Part shown: piece after piece, positions 47,475 to 59,800 of the stretch
How the letters are laid out: each line of letters begins with the position of its first letter
How positions within the stretch are numbered: the stretch's first letter is position 1
Source of the DNA: a virus
Virus record (IMG/VR): IMGVR_UViG_3300027754_000048
Direction: 5' to 3' (one strand)
DNA length: 64,000 bases
Program-made: the position numbers and the translations under genes
Notes under the pieces: generated by a model
Seen by the model: only the letters and a program-made list of their open reading frames with translations
What the model was told of the DNA's origin: nothing
The model's database searches: none

Positions 47475-50400
47475 TTAGGCTTGATTCTTGAGTAAATCTA
47501 GCTTTCTGCGGTTTAATCGTGATTCAATTCGACTAGTATATTCTTTTTTACCAACAACATGAACAAAGTTTTCCACCGAGGAATAATAACTTGTATTTCT
47601 GTTGTCGACTGCTTCAACTGAAAGGGTATATGTACCTTGATCTTTGAATTTCCACACAAAGAAAGGAACGGATTTTACTCTAATTATTTCTTCTCCACTT
47701 AAAGTATCATTTAATTTCCATATAAAATCATTTTTTCCATCTAAGTTGTTAATAACAAAGAACATGATTCCATTTTCAGGTATAGTGAAGCCTTCTTCAA
47801 ACATTTTTATGTCATTGATATTGAACACATTTTGATCGATTGTAGTTGGAAGATAGCCAATCTGCTTATTGTTCACAAACTTCCAATATTTCTTGTCTTG
47901 CCAAAAGCCTGGATCCTGAACTGCTCCTGAAAGAACATCACTTGTTTTTGCATGTAAAAACATTGTTTCATCATCAAAAATCGGAGAAATAGATTTTAAA
48001 TAGTCTATTAGTTGTTTTGAAAATACCTTTCTTGGTAAAAAGAAAGTATATTTGTCTCCAGAGAATTTGTTGCCTGGACTAGGACTAGGAGATGGGCTAG
48101 ATCCTCCAGTAGATTCATAAATAATATGATACATTTCTTTGCTTAAGTATTCAGCTTGTGCATGAATCTTGCCAGAAATCACAGCATAATTGAACAATCT
48201 TATTGCTGGATGAGTGCTTGTATTCAAAATTACTACTAATTCTTCTAGAGTTGTAAAATTAGGAATAACGTAATCTAAGAATAACGACAATTTTATTATT
48301 TTACCTGGTTTTGGATTAACTAGATAAAAACCTGCATTAAAATCATCAAGATAGATCAAATCTGTTAATCGCATCCAATATAGGTCGCCTAATTTAATAT
48401 CTCTAAAATCTCTTACCTTTATAGGAATATCGTTTTCACCTAATCCCCAATAAATCTTTTTAGGATGATTCCAATTAGGATCTGTGTATGGACGATATGT
48501 ATTAGTAATTACATCGTATAACTCAGCATCATATAAATTTTGACCCATTCCATAACGATTTTTATAGAAAGAAATCCATTCTATTAAATTTTTATAGATG
48601 TCAATCTTTACGTTAGCATCTTCATTGTCTAGTATATTGACCTTTGGATAGTAAATGGGAGAAGAACCAAAGTCCTGTAATTGAACATTTGATAAGTTAT
48701 GTATTGTGTAGTCGAATTTGTCCTCAAGTCTAGAGAAGCCAATAATTGCTGGTTTCATGTCAGCCTGGACAGTAACAAATCGACTAAATACGCTTACATT
48801 ACCATAGAAATCGTAAAGTTCTGCAGTAATTCGATATTTACCAGCATATGGAAGATAATGAGGAATCGTGTGAAGATCAGTTATTCTGCCTCGATATTCC
48901 CAAAAATATGGATTTGGCGAATCTTTTGTTATTCTCCAAACAATTTCATAAAAATTTCGATAATCGATATTTTCAAGAGTCCAATATTGATTTAATCCAG
49001 GAGCAATCGCATCTAAATCTTCTAACTTAACACCTTTTAAATCTCCTACTCTGAATTTTCCAGTATTAATAGTAAATACCGCTGGTGCTGCAATGACACG
49101 CTGAGGATCGTCTCCAAATTCCCAAGTAAGTCGTTGACTAAGATTAGGAATTCGTTGGTTTTTAATCTCATTATAAAAGGTCTCAATATTTGTTACAATT
49201 TGAGGAATATCTGCTTTTACATACCTTTGGTCTGTTTCAAATGGGTTTTTAGCATTATCATTGATTCGAGCAACTCCAAAATCTATTCCAGAAGTATTTA
49301 CTTGTCTGTATAATGGATCTAGAGATCGCAGTACTATATTAGTGTCGACTTCGCTAGGATAACATTCAATTGTTGCTTGTTCATTTAGATCATAGTCAAA
49401 AATACGAGTGTCGTCTGGCCAATAACTAATAGTAATTTTTTGAAAATAGATAAATTCTCCAATAATGTCCTTAATTTTAACATTTATTGGTAGAAATTCA
49501 GCTTTTAACTTATCATTTAAGAGATTAAGCTTATAAAAAATCTCATTTACTGTAAATTCAGTTGTTTCTTCAACAATTGGGATTCCATCATCGTCGTATA
49601 CATCAGTTGCTTTAGTAAATTGATAGACAATAGCAAGAAATTCAGTCTTTTTAAACTGTCGGCCTTCTCGAATGTTTCTATTTTTATCAACTAAATTCAA
49701 AGATTCAATAATTCCATCATCAAGGTAGTCTGAAATGTCTACCATTATCATTTTATCCTTATATGCTGATGAATTATTGATATTTTGCCAATATTCCTTA
49801 ATTTGAAGAACATCTTTATATCCAAGGATGTTAACAAAGTTAGAAAGACCTTTATATGTTCCAATATAAGGATATATGTGCTCTTTGCTGACTAATAATT
49901 CCTTTCTGGCTTGATTTAATTGAGCTAAATTAGGATAGGCTTCCTTAATATCATAATCCTTTAGGATATTTGCGTCTTCCTTTAGGAATTTTATTCCAAA
50001 ATTTTGTGCCCACACTCTAAATCTTTCCTCTTCCTCTATTCCTTCGCCATAAAAATAAATTTCAGCAATTTTTGTTTTAGCTTGAACAGGATTCGTACTA
50101 ACTAGGTAGATGTAAAGAGTTCTTTCGAACTTTTTTTCATCACTTGGATTAAAAGCTAAATTGATTTGTAAAGGAATCTTTAAATTAAGAGGAGAGATTC
50201 CAGTGGGATCATAATCTGAATATGCGATCGTTTTACTCTCAACCTTTGAGATAAACTGCTCATTTAAAGCAACGTCTTTGACTACATCATATAGGAAAAA
50301 CTCATCAGAATTTTTATTTGAGTCCCAAGAAAATTCTAGGCTTTGCCCTGGAGAAAGTATTGGAAATTTATAAAGGCTTGGAGCAACCTTTTCTAACATA

Positions 50401-50540
50401 AAAAGGTTTTCGTTATCAAAAAGATAAGTCGATATTCCTTCGAAATAAATCTTTCCTCTCCAAACATTGTCGGATGCCCCCAACTCAAGGTTTAAGTTGC
50501 GTCCTTGCTTATCAAAGAAATATAATTCTTGAACTACCAT
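47475..50540 (-). CDS. Baseplate wedge protein (gp7-like segment) with C-terminal PKD-like domain
   Basis: IYPYIGTYKGLSNFVNILGY...IKEYW; C-terminal FIWKL...WKFKDQGTYTLSVEAVD; late motif at 50563-50570. Confidence 0.6.
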   Translation of the reverse strand: MVVQELYFFDKQGRNLNLELGASDNVWRGKIYFEGISTYLFDNENLFMLEKVAPSLYKFPILSPGQSLEFSWDSNKNSDEFFLYDVVKDVALNEQFISKVESKTIAYSDYDPTGISPLNLKIPLQINLAFNPSDEKKFERTLYIYLVSTNPVQAKTKIAEIYFYGEGIEEEERFRVWAQNFGIKFLKEDANILKDYDIKEAYPNLAQLNQARKELLVSKEHIYPYIGTYKGLSNFVNILGYKDVLQIKEYWQNINNSSAYKDKMIMVDISDYLDDGIIESLNLVDKNRNIREGRQFKKTEFLAIVYQFTKATDVYDDDGIPIVEETTEFTVNEIFYKLNLLNDKLKAEFLPINVKIKDIIGEFIYFQKITISYWPDDTRIFDYDLNEQATIECYPSEVDTNIVLRSLDPLYRQVNTSGIDFGVARINDNAKNPFETDQRYVKADIPQIVTNIETFYNEIKNQRIPNLSQRLTWEFGDDPQRVIAAPAVFTINTGKFRVGDLKGVKLEDLDAIAPGLNQYWTLENIDYRNFYEIVWRITKDSPNPYFWEYRGRITDLHTIPHYLPYAGKYRITAELYDFYGNVSVFSRFVTVQADMKPAIIGFSRLEDKFDYTIHNLSNVQLQDFGSSPIYYPKVNILDNEDANVKIDIYKNLIEWISFYKNRYGMGQNLYDAELYDVITNTYRPYTDPNWNHPKKIYWGLGENDIPIKVRDFRDIKLGDLYWMRLTDLIYLDDFNAGFYLVNPKPGKIIKLSLFLDYVIPNFTTLEELVVILNTSTHPAIRLFNYAVISGKIHAQAEYLSKEMYHIIYESTGGSSPSPSPSPGNKFSGDKYTFFLPRKVFSKQLIDYLKSISPIFDDETMFLHAKTSDVLSGAVQDPGFWQDKKYWKFVNNKQIGYLPTTIDQNVFNINDIKMFEEGFTIPENGIMFFVINNLDGKNDFIWKLNDTLSGEEIIRVKSVPFFVWKFKDQGTYTLSVEAVDNRNTSYYSSVENFVHVVGKKEYTSRIESRLNRRKLDLLKNQA

Positions 50541-50580
50541 TAAATGGGTTGACTATTTAAGTTATTTATTATTCTGGAAC

Positions 50581-50982
50581 TTAAATGCTATAAATAGAAC
50601 TTTCTCCGCTCATTCCAAGAGAAATAAACTCCAAGACATCGTCTTTGTCTAACCCTGTCTTTTTATGAATCTTTTTCCATTCCTTGGCGTATCCATTTTT
50701 GCATATTTGGGTAAAATATGCAAATGCATTTGGATTATCTGTTTTTGTTTCGTCAAAACTCTTCCAATACTTCAAACAATCTAGGATTGCAGATTGTATA
50801 CAGTCTTCCCTGTCTCTAGGATCTTTAAAATAGAGTCGATCTACTGCTCGATTTGCAAGTGAAATAAAACAATCGGTTGCAAATCTGCTTAATTCACCAG
50901 TTCCTTTACATTTGATTATTGACTCAGTAAAATCTTTATTATTGATATAATGTTTATCGCCACGCTTTTTTCTAATAGCCAT
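50581..50982 (-). CDS. gp55: Late-transcription sigma factor (T4 gp55-like)
   Basis: KHYINNKDF and NPNAFAYFTQICKNGY are the gp55 signatures (HYVNNKEF; NPFAYFTQI). Confidence 0.85.
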   Translation of the reverse strand: MAIRKKRGDKHYINNKDFTESIIKCKGTGELSRFATDCFISLANRAVDRLYFKDPRDREDCIQSAILDCLKYWKSFDETKTDNPNAFAYFTQICKNGYAKEWKKIHKKTGLDKDDVLEFISLGMSGESSIYSI

Positions 50983-50993
50983 GTATGGGGTGA

Positions 50994-51656
50994 TTATTTT
51001 AGAAGATCATAAATTTTTACGATTCCAAGGTAGGAATCTGTCATGTCAATGATAGGTGACAGAATCTTGTCACCAGAGATTACCCAACTCTCAGTATGTA
51101 AGAGTTTAAATAAATCTGAATTTTTTACTGTTTCGATTATTGGGTCGCTTTTGAATTTAGCTAAGATGTCAGTTTTGTTGGCGTTTCCTTTACAGGCAAT
51201 TGCATTTTTAAGTTCGCTAGGGCTAAAGATGAAGAATCGTTCAACGTTGTTGTCTAGAAGTTGAGTAATTATTTGATGTTTTAATATTCCAGTAGCTTGA
51301 GAAATATCAACTAATGAGTTTCCACTAGAACCAAAAGAGATTCCTTCAAGACAGAAAATAAGATCTTTTTCATCAGCGATTTCTTCCTTTATTGCAGAAA
51401 TAAGTAAATTAATGATTTCTAAATAGTTAATGAGCTTTATTCTCTCAGTAACATGATATTTATCAGATTTTTTTCTTTTAGTCTGTGTGCGTAAAATTTT
51501 GATATTTGGGTAATTTTGATTGATGTAATCAAAATGATCTTCATCAATCTTACGAACTTTCTGATTAACTACCGCTACCCACTTAAACTCTTTAAAATCT
51601 CTGCAAATGCAGACTCCAGGATAAAGTATAGAGAAATCAATGCTGACTATCGTCAC
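50994..51656 (-). CDS. RuvC-like Holliday junction resolvase
   Basis: IVSIDFS, FCLEGISFGS, FSPSELKN...GNANK, IDMTDSY: RNase H-fold D-E-D layout. Confidence 0.75.
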   Translation of the reverse strand: MTIVSIDFSILYPGVCICRDFKEFKWVAVVNQKVRKIDEDHFDYINQNYPNIKILRTQTKRKKSDKYHVTERIKLINYLEIINLLISAIKEEIADEKDLIFCLEGISFGSSGNSLVDISQATGILKHQIITQLLDNNVERFFIFSPSELKNAIACKGNANKTDILAKFKSDPIIETVKNSDLFKLLHTESWVISGDKILSPIIDMTDSYLGIVKIYDLLK

Positions 51657-51881
51657 ACATGGTGGATTATTTTTAAAACCTAGTAAATTTTATACAATAA
51701 AGTAGTGGAAAGTTCTTAGCTAAATCTATTTATTTTTCTAAAACCAACTCTTTTTTCACAGTAGAAGAGGGTGGTTGGGTGGGAGTACACTATAGTACTC
51801 TAATCTCTCTAATCTTTCTTTAATCTTACTATAAAGTACTTTAGTACTACTCGTGTGCGGGGCCCCAAAAAAGTTAAAAAA

Positions 51882-52052
51882 ATGAAAAACCTATTATTCT
51901 TCCTCTGGATGCTGTTATTTCCTCTAATTGATGTGATGGTTGGCTGGATAAGAGCACAAATACCTATCGAGACAAAAGAAACTCACTGGATATCCGTAGT
52001 AATCACACTATCTCTTTATTTTTATATCGGCTATCTTTTGTACCAGTATTAA
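51882..52052 (+). CDS. Small two-TM membrane protein
   Basis: MKNLLFFLWMLLFPLI...WISVVITLSLYFYIGYLLY; ATG 51882 preferred over GTG 51855. Confidence 0.6.
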   Translation: MKNLLFFLWMLLFPLIDVMVGWIRAQIPIETKETHWISVVITLSLYFYIGYLLYQY

Positions 52053-52082
52053 TTTTTTCCTAAAATATAGTCATGTTATACT

Positions 52083-53066
52083 ATGAGACTAGGATATTGT
52101 TGCATTAACTTGAGTTTGCGAGACCAAGGAATTACTACCAACCGTGGCATGATCAAAAAAACTTGGGAACAATATGGCATCGCCAGGGCCAGCGAACTAG
52201 CCGAATCAAACCTACGCGATCTTTATACTATTTTACAGTGGAATGTTGCACATGACATACAGGTCTATCGAATGTCTAGCGATATCTTTCCATGGATGAG
52301 TGAATACCGTCTTGAATTATTACCTAACTTTTCTACTCTAGTTCAACTAATGAGTAAGATCGGAGAATATGTGCACCAACATAACTTACGTATTAGCTTT
52401 CACCCAGGTCAGTTTGACGTGCTTCCTTCCCCCAACCCAGAAGTAGTTCGCAAAACTATTTGGGATCTCGATCAGCATGCTCGTATAATGGATTATATGG
52501 ATCTGCCAAAAAGCTACGAGTCCCCTATCAATATTCATATCGGCGGCTCATATGGCGACAAGGAATCTGCATTAGACAGGTTTTGCAAAAACTTTGAGCA
52601 GCTTTCAGACTCTACTAAATCTCGCCTAGTCGTTGAAAACGACGACAAGGCGAGTCAGTTTGGTGTTGCTGATCTCTACCAAGGAGTTTATTCTAGGATT
52701 GGCATGCCAATCACCTTTGACCACCTACACCATCGCTTTTGCACAAACGATCTTACTGCTGAAGTTGCTGCTCGTCTTGCTGCAAGCACATGGAAACACC
52801 ATACACCAGTTCAGCATTATTCAAGTTCAAAAGCACTATATGAAGATTCTACGGTAATCAATCGTTCTCATGCAGATTACGTTTATGCAATCATTCTAGA
52901 TTATGGTATTTCTGCAGACGTAGAAATAGAGGCAAAAGCCAAGGATCTAGCAGTTCTTCGATATCGAGAATCTTATATAGACCTTCCACGAGAACCCTTA
53001 AAATTTAATTTTGAAGCATATTCAGGTCCATCAGTTACCGTTGAATTAGACACACAAACTAAATAA
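52083..53066 (+). CDS. uvsE: UV damage endonuclease UvsE/UvdE
   Basis: MRLGYCCIN, YRMSSDIFP, RISFHPGQF, INIHIGG, RLVVENDD, ITFDHLHH, HYSSS, HADY, EIEAKAKDLA. Confidence 0.95.
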   Translation: MRLGYCCINLSLRDQGITTNRGMIKKTWEQYGIARASELAESNLRDLYTILQWNVAHDIQVYRMSSDIFPWMSEYRLELLPNFSTLVQLMSKIGEYVHQHNLRISFHPGQFDVLPSPNPEVVRKTIWDLDQHARIMDYMDLPKSYESPINIHIGGSYGDKESALDRFCKNFEQLSDSTKSRLVVENDDKASQFGVADLYQGVYSRIGMPITFDHLHHRFCTNDLTAEVAARLAASTWKHHTPVQHYSSSKALYEDSTVINRSHADYVYAIILDYGISADVEIEAKAKDLAVLRYRESYIDLPREPLKFNFEAYSGPSVTVELDTQTK

Positions 53067-53072
53067 AAAATA

Positions 53073-53537
53073 ATGAAAACCGTAAAATACACAAATCGTT
53101 ATAAAGACGAATACACTTTCACTGAAATTAGTGAAAACCAGGTAGAAATGACAGGTTCGTTCGAATATATGCGAACTGCGTATGAAAATGATTATGAACC
53201 AGCGTATGCTGCCTATAAAGCTTCATGTGATGCATTAGAAGAACCAGACTACGATCTATTAGTTGATATGCCTGTTGAAAATTGTCTGCGACCGCTTACC
53301 TTTGCAGAATTTAGAAAAGAGGTTCATGAAGAGTATTTTTTTAAAAATGAAGTATTAAGAAAATTTAGTTTCTTAGTTAAATCAGATATGGATGACATTC
53401 ACATGATCGATCCTAGCGGCGGACCATATATTTCAAAAGGCATGGATCTTTCCTCTTTTTTTGGAGATTTAACCAGCAGAATAGTAAATGAAATTATAGT
53501 AACTCCAAGTAAAATAACTTTTAAGATTATAAAATAA
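53073..53537 (+). CDS. Hypothetical protein
   Basis: 154 aa; IDPSGGPYI motif. Confidence 0.7.
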   Translation: MKTVKYTNRYKDEYTFTEISENQVEMTGSFEYMRTAYENDYEPAYAAYKASCDALEEPDYDLLVDMPVENCLRPLTFAEFRKEVHEEYFFKNEVLRKFSFLVKSDMDDIHMIDPSGGPYISKGMDLSSFFGDLTSRIVNEIIVTPSKITFKIIK

Positions 53538-53547
53538 AATCTATTAT

Positions 53548-54315
53548 ATGTTTACTCCACATGAATTACAAAAGGTAGTTTTTTTTGACCTTGAAACTGC
53601 TTCTTCCCATGCAACGTTAGACGACTTGCACATCGATAATCCAAAAATGGCAGAGTTATGGAGCAAGCGGTGTGAATATTTACGTTCTCGATTTGAAGAA
53701 AATAAGCACATGACAGACGAACAACTGTACATCAATAAGGCTGCTCTTACTCCAGAATTTGCACGTATTATTTGTGCTTCATTCGGTAGATTAAGTTTTA
53801 CCGCAAGCGGTGATCCAGATATTAGTCCAGGCAAATACGCTCACTCTCTTACTATCAAGAGCTACTCAAGTACTGACGAACTAATTGTTCTTGATGGTAT
53901 AGAAAAAGTATTTACCTCTTTTGCGGCATATAAGTTTTCAGGCCATAATATAAAAAGATTTGACGTGCCTATGATGTGTAAGCGCTTGCTCATGAATGGT
54001 AAATCACTTCCTAAGGGATTACAAATCCAAAATCTAAAGCCTTGGGACATGCCATTTATTGATACCTCTGAACTTTGGAGCTTCGGCGCATGGCAAGAAA
54101 GTTTCGCTTCTCTTGAATTATTAGCTACTTCTCTTAGCCTTGAGACTCCAAAAAGCGATATTAAAGGAGAAGAAGTAGGTAAAATCTTCTGGCAAGATAG
54201 AGATATCGATCGTATTACTGAATACTGCCAACGCGATGTACTTGCAGTTGCTCAATCAATTTTAAAACTTTCTAACCTAGATATAGTAGAAAACTACCAG
54301 TTACAAAAAAGCTGA
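53548..54315 (+). CDS. Stand-alone PolB-like 3'-5' exonuclease (DEDD)
   Basis: FFDLET, PEFARIICASFG, GHNIKRFDVP, DTSELW, EYCQRDV. Confidence 0.88.
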   Translation: MFTPHELQKVVFFDLETASSHATLDDLHIDNPKMAELWSKRCEYLRSRFEENKHMTDEQLYINKAALTPEFARIICASFGRLSFTASGDPDISPGKYAHSLTIKSYSSTDELIVLDGIEKVFTSFAAYKFSGHNIKRFDVPMMCKRLLMNGKSLPKGLQIQNLKPWDMPFIDTSELWSFGAWQESFASLELLATSLSLETPKSDIKGEEVGKIFWQDRDIDRITEYCQRDVLAVAQSILKLSNLDIVENYQLQKS

Positions 54316-54318
54316 TAA

Positions 54319-55065
54319 TTGGAATCCAAACTTGAGTATTTTTCTGATCCTAACTTTAGGTTTGATGAAGGCACACATACTTATACTTACTTAGACCCTT
54401 ACACAGGAAAGCCAGTGCAGACCTTTTCTTCTGTTACTGGCTTTCTTTCTCAGTTTAAAGAAAAATTTGATTCTGATTTTTGGGCAAAAAAGAAAGCTAT
54501 CTCTACTGGTAAAACCAAGCAGCAGATTTTAAATGAATGGAAAGATACTTCAGATATTGCAATGGATCTAGGTACAGAAGTTCACAAATGGATAGAAGAC
54601 TTTTATAAAGGAGATAATCCTCCGGCTCCTGCACACCACGAAGTTCTCTCTAGAGTCAATAAATTCAAAGAATTATACGATACTAAACTACATAAGTTAA
54701 CTCCGGTTAAGCAAGAGTTTCGTATTTTTTCTAGAAAATGGGGCCTTGCTGGAACGATGGACATTCTCTTTCGATTACAGCAAGACTATTATGTGGGTGA
54801 TTGGAAGACAAATAAAAAGTTTACTACGGACAAAGATCCAAAGGGGCGTTGGAAAAAAATGCTATATCCATTCGAAGATCTTTGGGAAAATGCCCTAACT
54901 TCCTATTCAATACAAATTAGTCTATATCGTTTGATCTTACAAGAAGAAGCTGGTTTTGAGACAGCTGGCGGTTTTTTAACTTGGATTGGTCCAGATGGAA
55001 AACCGGAGTTACATAAAACAGTAGATCTTAGAGACAGACTTTACACATACCTGCAAAAAAAATAA
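54319..55065 (+). CDS. PD-(D/E)XK RecB/Cas4-like exonuclease
   Basis: SVTGFL, GTEVHKWIE, LAGTMDILF...GDWKTNK, YSIQISLY. Confidence 0.85.
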   Translation: MESKLEYFSDPNFRFDEGTHTYTYLDPYTGKPVQTFSSVTGFLSQFKEKFDSDFWAKKKAISTGKTKQQILNEWKDTSDIAMDLGTEVHKWIEDFYKGDNPPAPAHHEVLSRVNKFKELYDTKLHKLTPVKQEFRIFSRKWGLAGTMDILFRLQQDYYVGDWKTNKKFTTDKDPKGRWKKMLYPFEDLWENALTSYSIQISLYRLILQEEAGFETAGGFLTWIGPDGKPELHKTVDLRDRLYTYLQKK

Positions 55066-56721
<1,656 letters not shown>

Positions 56722-56757
56722 TTTATTAGGCCATTTTATGCATTGTTGCTTTAATAT

Positions 56758-56784
56758 AAAGGCGGTCGTTGACCGCCTTTTTTA
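56758..56784 (+). terminator. Rho-independent terminator after groL
   Basis: AAAGGCGGTC-GTT-GACCGCCTTT followed by a T tract. Confidence 0.85.
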
Positions 56785-56790
56785 TTTTTG

Positions 56791-56798
56791 TATAAATA
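56791..56798 (+). promoter_or_regulatory. T4-type late promoter TATAAATA
   Basis: Exact gp55 consensus 20 bp upstream of TTG 56818. Confidence 0.75.
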
Positions 56799-56817
56799 AA
56801 GTAAAGATATTCATATT

Positions 56818-59800
56818 TTGACATCTGCTCTAGATTTATTAATTAATGAGGTGGCCAATGTATTGGGCATTTCTCCAGACGAAGTTAAAGCAAAGTTTAC
56901 AGAAGATCAATTGAAAGACTTGCTAAACAGCGTTTGGTGTGAGCCAATCGACGAGCTTGGAATCCCAATAGATTCTTTAGAAGCTCCGTGTGAAGATCTT
57001 GCAATTCCAAACCTGTTACCTGCAATCGAATTGGAAGCTGAACTTGAGAATATTCTTACGAAGGCAAAAGCAAAAGAAAAGCAGGATCCAACCAAATGCG
57101 TGCAAAAAATAGATGATGTAAACTCTATTGTTTCTAAACAAATAGACGAATATCAACAGCACAAGAATCTATTAGAAAAACTAATTGAATATCGAGATAA
57201 TTATTCACCAGTGGTTGAATATTTTAAAGAAAGAGCAAACGAAACTGCTAGATTATTAGGTGTTTTTGATCCATTATTAATTGAGGAAAGGCGACTATCT
57301 GCACTGATACCTACACTAAAGGATCAGCGTAAAGCAATCGAAGAATCAGTTACAACAACATATGTTCCTCAAGCTATTTTAGATAGACTTGCACTAATCG
57401 ATTCTCAAATCGATGATGTGCAAAGCAGATTACAAGACACACAAGATGCCCTAAGTACTCTTGAAAAAAATGAATATGGTGTTGGTGCAAATAACTCATC
57501 GTTAATTGGTAATTCTTACTATAATTCAGTTCTTCAATATCAAGAAAACTCAGGAAATTCTTTTGAATTTTATATAAAACAATACTTTAATCAATACATT
57601 AGTTATTCTGAATTGCAAGAATATCAAGATCAGGTAAAAGCATATTCTGAGTGTTTGACTGTATATGATGATGCTCGACCTATTAATAGTATTCAAGACG
57701 TGGTTGAAAATTCATATTTTACGTTTAAGCTTGCGTTTATACAATTGAATGGAATAAAACTACAAAAGGAAGTAGTTGAAAAATCTACAGGCGCACGTAA
57801 GATTGAAAAATATAATTTTCCAATTAAAGGTAACCCAATACTTCAAAAGGACTCTTTTTTTAATTCGTCTAGTATATTTTCTCTTACCGAATTTAATATT
57901 ACTCCTGGACAAACCGTAACTGGCAAGATCTACACACAATACTATAATTTATTTGAAGATCCGGTCAATAATTTCTTTTCTCCATCTGACAGAGGACTTA
58001 CTAGTTCAATCAATTTAGTTGATCCTAAATTAAAAGGAACTGGCGCTGAAATGAAAAGAGAAAAAAATGCTCAATATTATATACAGAATCTTGATTTAAT
58101 GCAGGATTTTTATCAAAATTTTGAAAATTCATTTGAAGTCAAAAAAGCTGAAAAACGAGCACAAGTCATTGACACGGGTCTTGCCGCACTTAAAATTAAT
58201 TTGGGAGTAGTTGCTCGCAAAGAAGCAAAATTATTGCTTGCATTAGGCAAAGTAAATTACTATCTACCTGAAGAAAATCCAAATCTTCAAACCATAGTAG
58301 ATGGATTAACTCAAAAAAATAATCAGTTTTTACAAGCAGCTGCTGAGTTAGATGAAGAAATCGCTAGAATTTCATTAAAGGTTGAAGAACTTAAACCCAG
58401 CGTTGAAAAAACTAAATCATTATTAAAGTCATATAGTCCAGAATGTTTTGATAAGATAGATCAACCTATTACTGGGTGTAATGACGTTAAATCGCAATTA
58501 GGAGTCGATCCATTTTTTACTAAAACTTTAAATGGAATCGATCCAACTCTGCCTACCTCTAATCAAATGTGTTATTGGGTAGAGTTTGCAAAAATGGCAA
58601 CTTTCATTGGACTTCTACCCATGCCAAATGGAGCAAAAGTCGGACAACTTAGGTATTGGCCAGTTGGAATCATAATTCCATATCCAGGCGGGCTCATTAA
58701 GATTCCTTTGCCAATTATGTGGATTCCTTTATTGACTATTTCGACACCGCTGGGAAATATTGTGTTTTTCTTGACAATAAATGGAGTCTTTATTTCTCCA
58801 GTTGTGTTTTTAGTTTCAAATAGCGGTTTCAAACAACATATTATTACGGTTAAAGGTCCTTCTGAAAAATTTGGATATACTGGCGAAGATGAATCGATAA
58901 AACCCGAAATTCATATACCACTATCGATACTTTCAGCTAAAGATAAGGCAACTCGACTTTTAAACGAATCCTCATTAGGTCCTAATTATAATCTTAATGA
59001 TTCTGAGAAACAACAATTGTCCAGACAACAGACTATTTTAAAAGCAAGAGAGGAATCTGCTAATGCTACTGGTAACGAAAACAAAAAATTAAAAACCGCA
59101 AGAGAAAAAAAGAATCTTGAAAACTCCACTAGTAATGTCAAGCGATATGAAAAAATGGAGAAGATTGTAAATAAAGTAGATTCAGCTAAAGATGCAATTG
59201 AAGATGCAAAAAGAGCAATTTTAAATAGATTAGATGATCTTGGAAAACCGTCTCTTAATAACTCAAACAAAACAAAAGAAAAAATAGTTTCACGTAGAGA
59301 AAAACTTCTCTCTCAGTTAAAGGAAGCACTAGTCATTGGTGACGAGCCTCAAATCATAAGCATTAGAAAGCAATTAGAGTCAGATGGAATAGAACTTTCT
59401 GAAAAGATCGATGCCATAAAGTCAGATATGATTACGTATTATGATAGAATCAAGTTTCCAAAAATCGTTATTCCAAAGGATTCATCAACTATTGATCTAA
59501 AGCAAAACGCAATAGCTGAAATAGTCGATAAAATACGAGAATTTGCAAATATTCACAAGACTCAATTTTTCTCAAAGGAGAGCGCAAGAGTAAAAAATAT
59601 TTTTCTAGTACAGTTAGCTAAAAATAAAGAAAAAATAAGAGAAAATAATTCTAATCTTACTGATTCAGATGGTCTGATTGATGTTGATAAGAATCCAGAA
59701 AAAGTAAAAACGTTCCTATTAAAAGCAAATAAAACTATTGTTGATGCTGCAAGCGGCAAGGGTGCCACTGGAAATTCATCTGATAAAAGAAAAAAGATAG

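Noticed and set aside
54319-55065. Cas4-like nuclease as a sign of a CRISPR locus
   Set aside because: No repeat-spacer array or other cas genes in the window, and the Cas4 Fe-S cysteines are absent; treated as a solo PD-(D/E)XK exonuclease.
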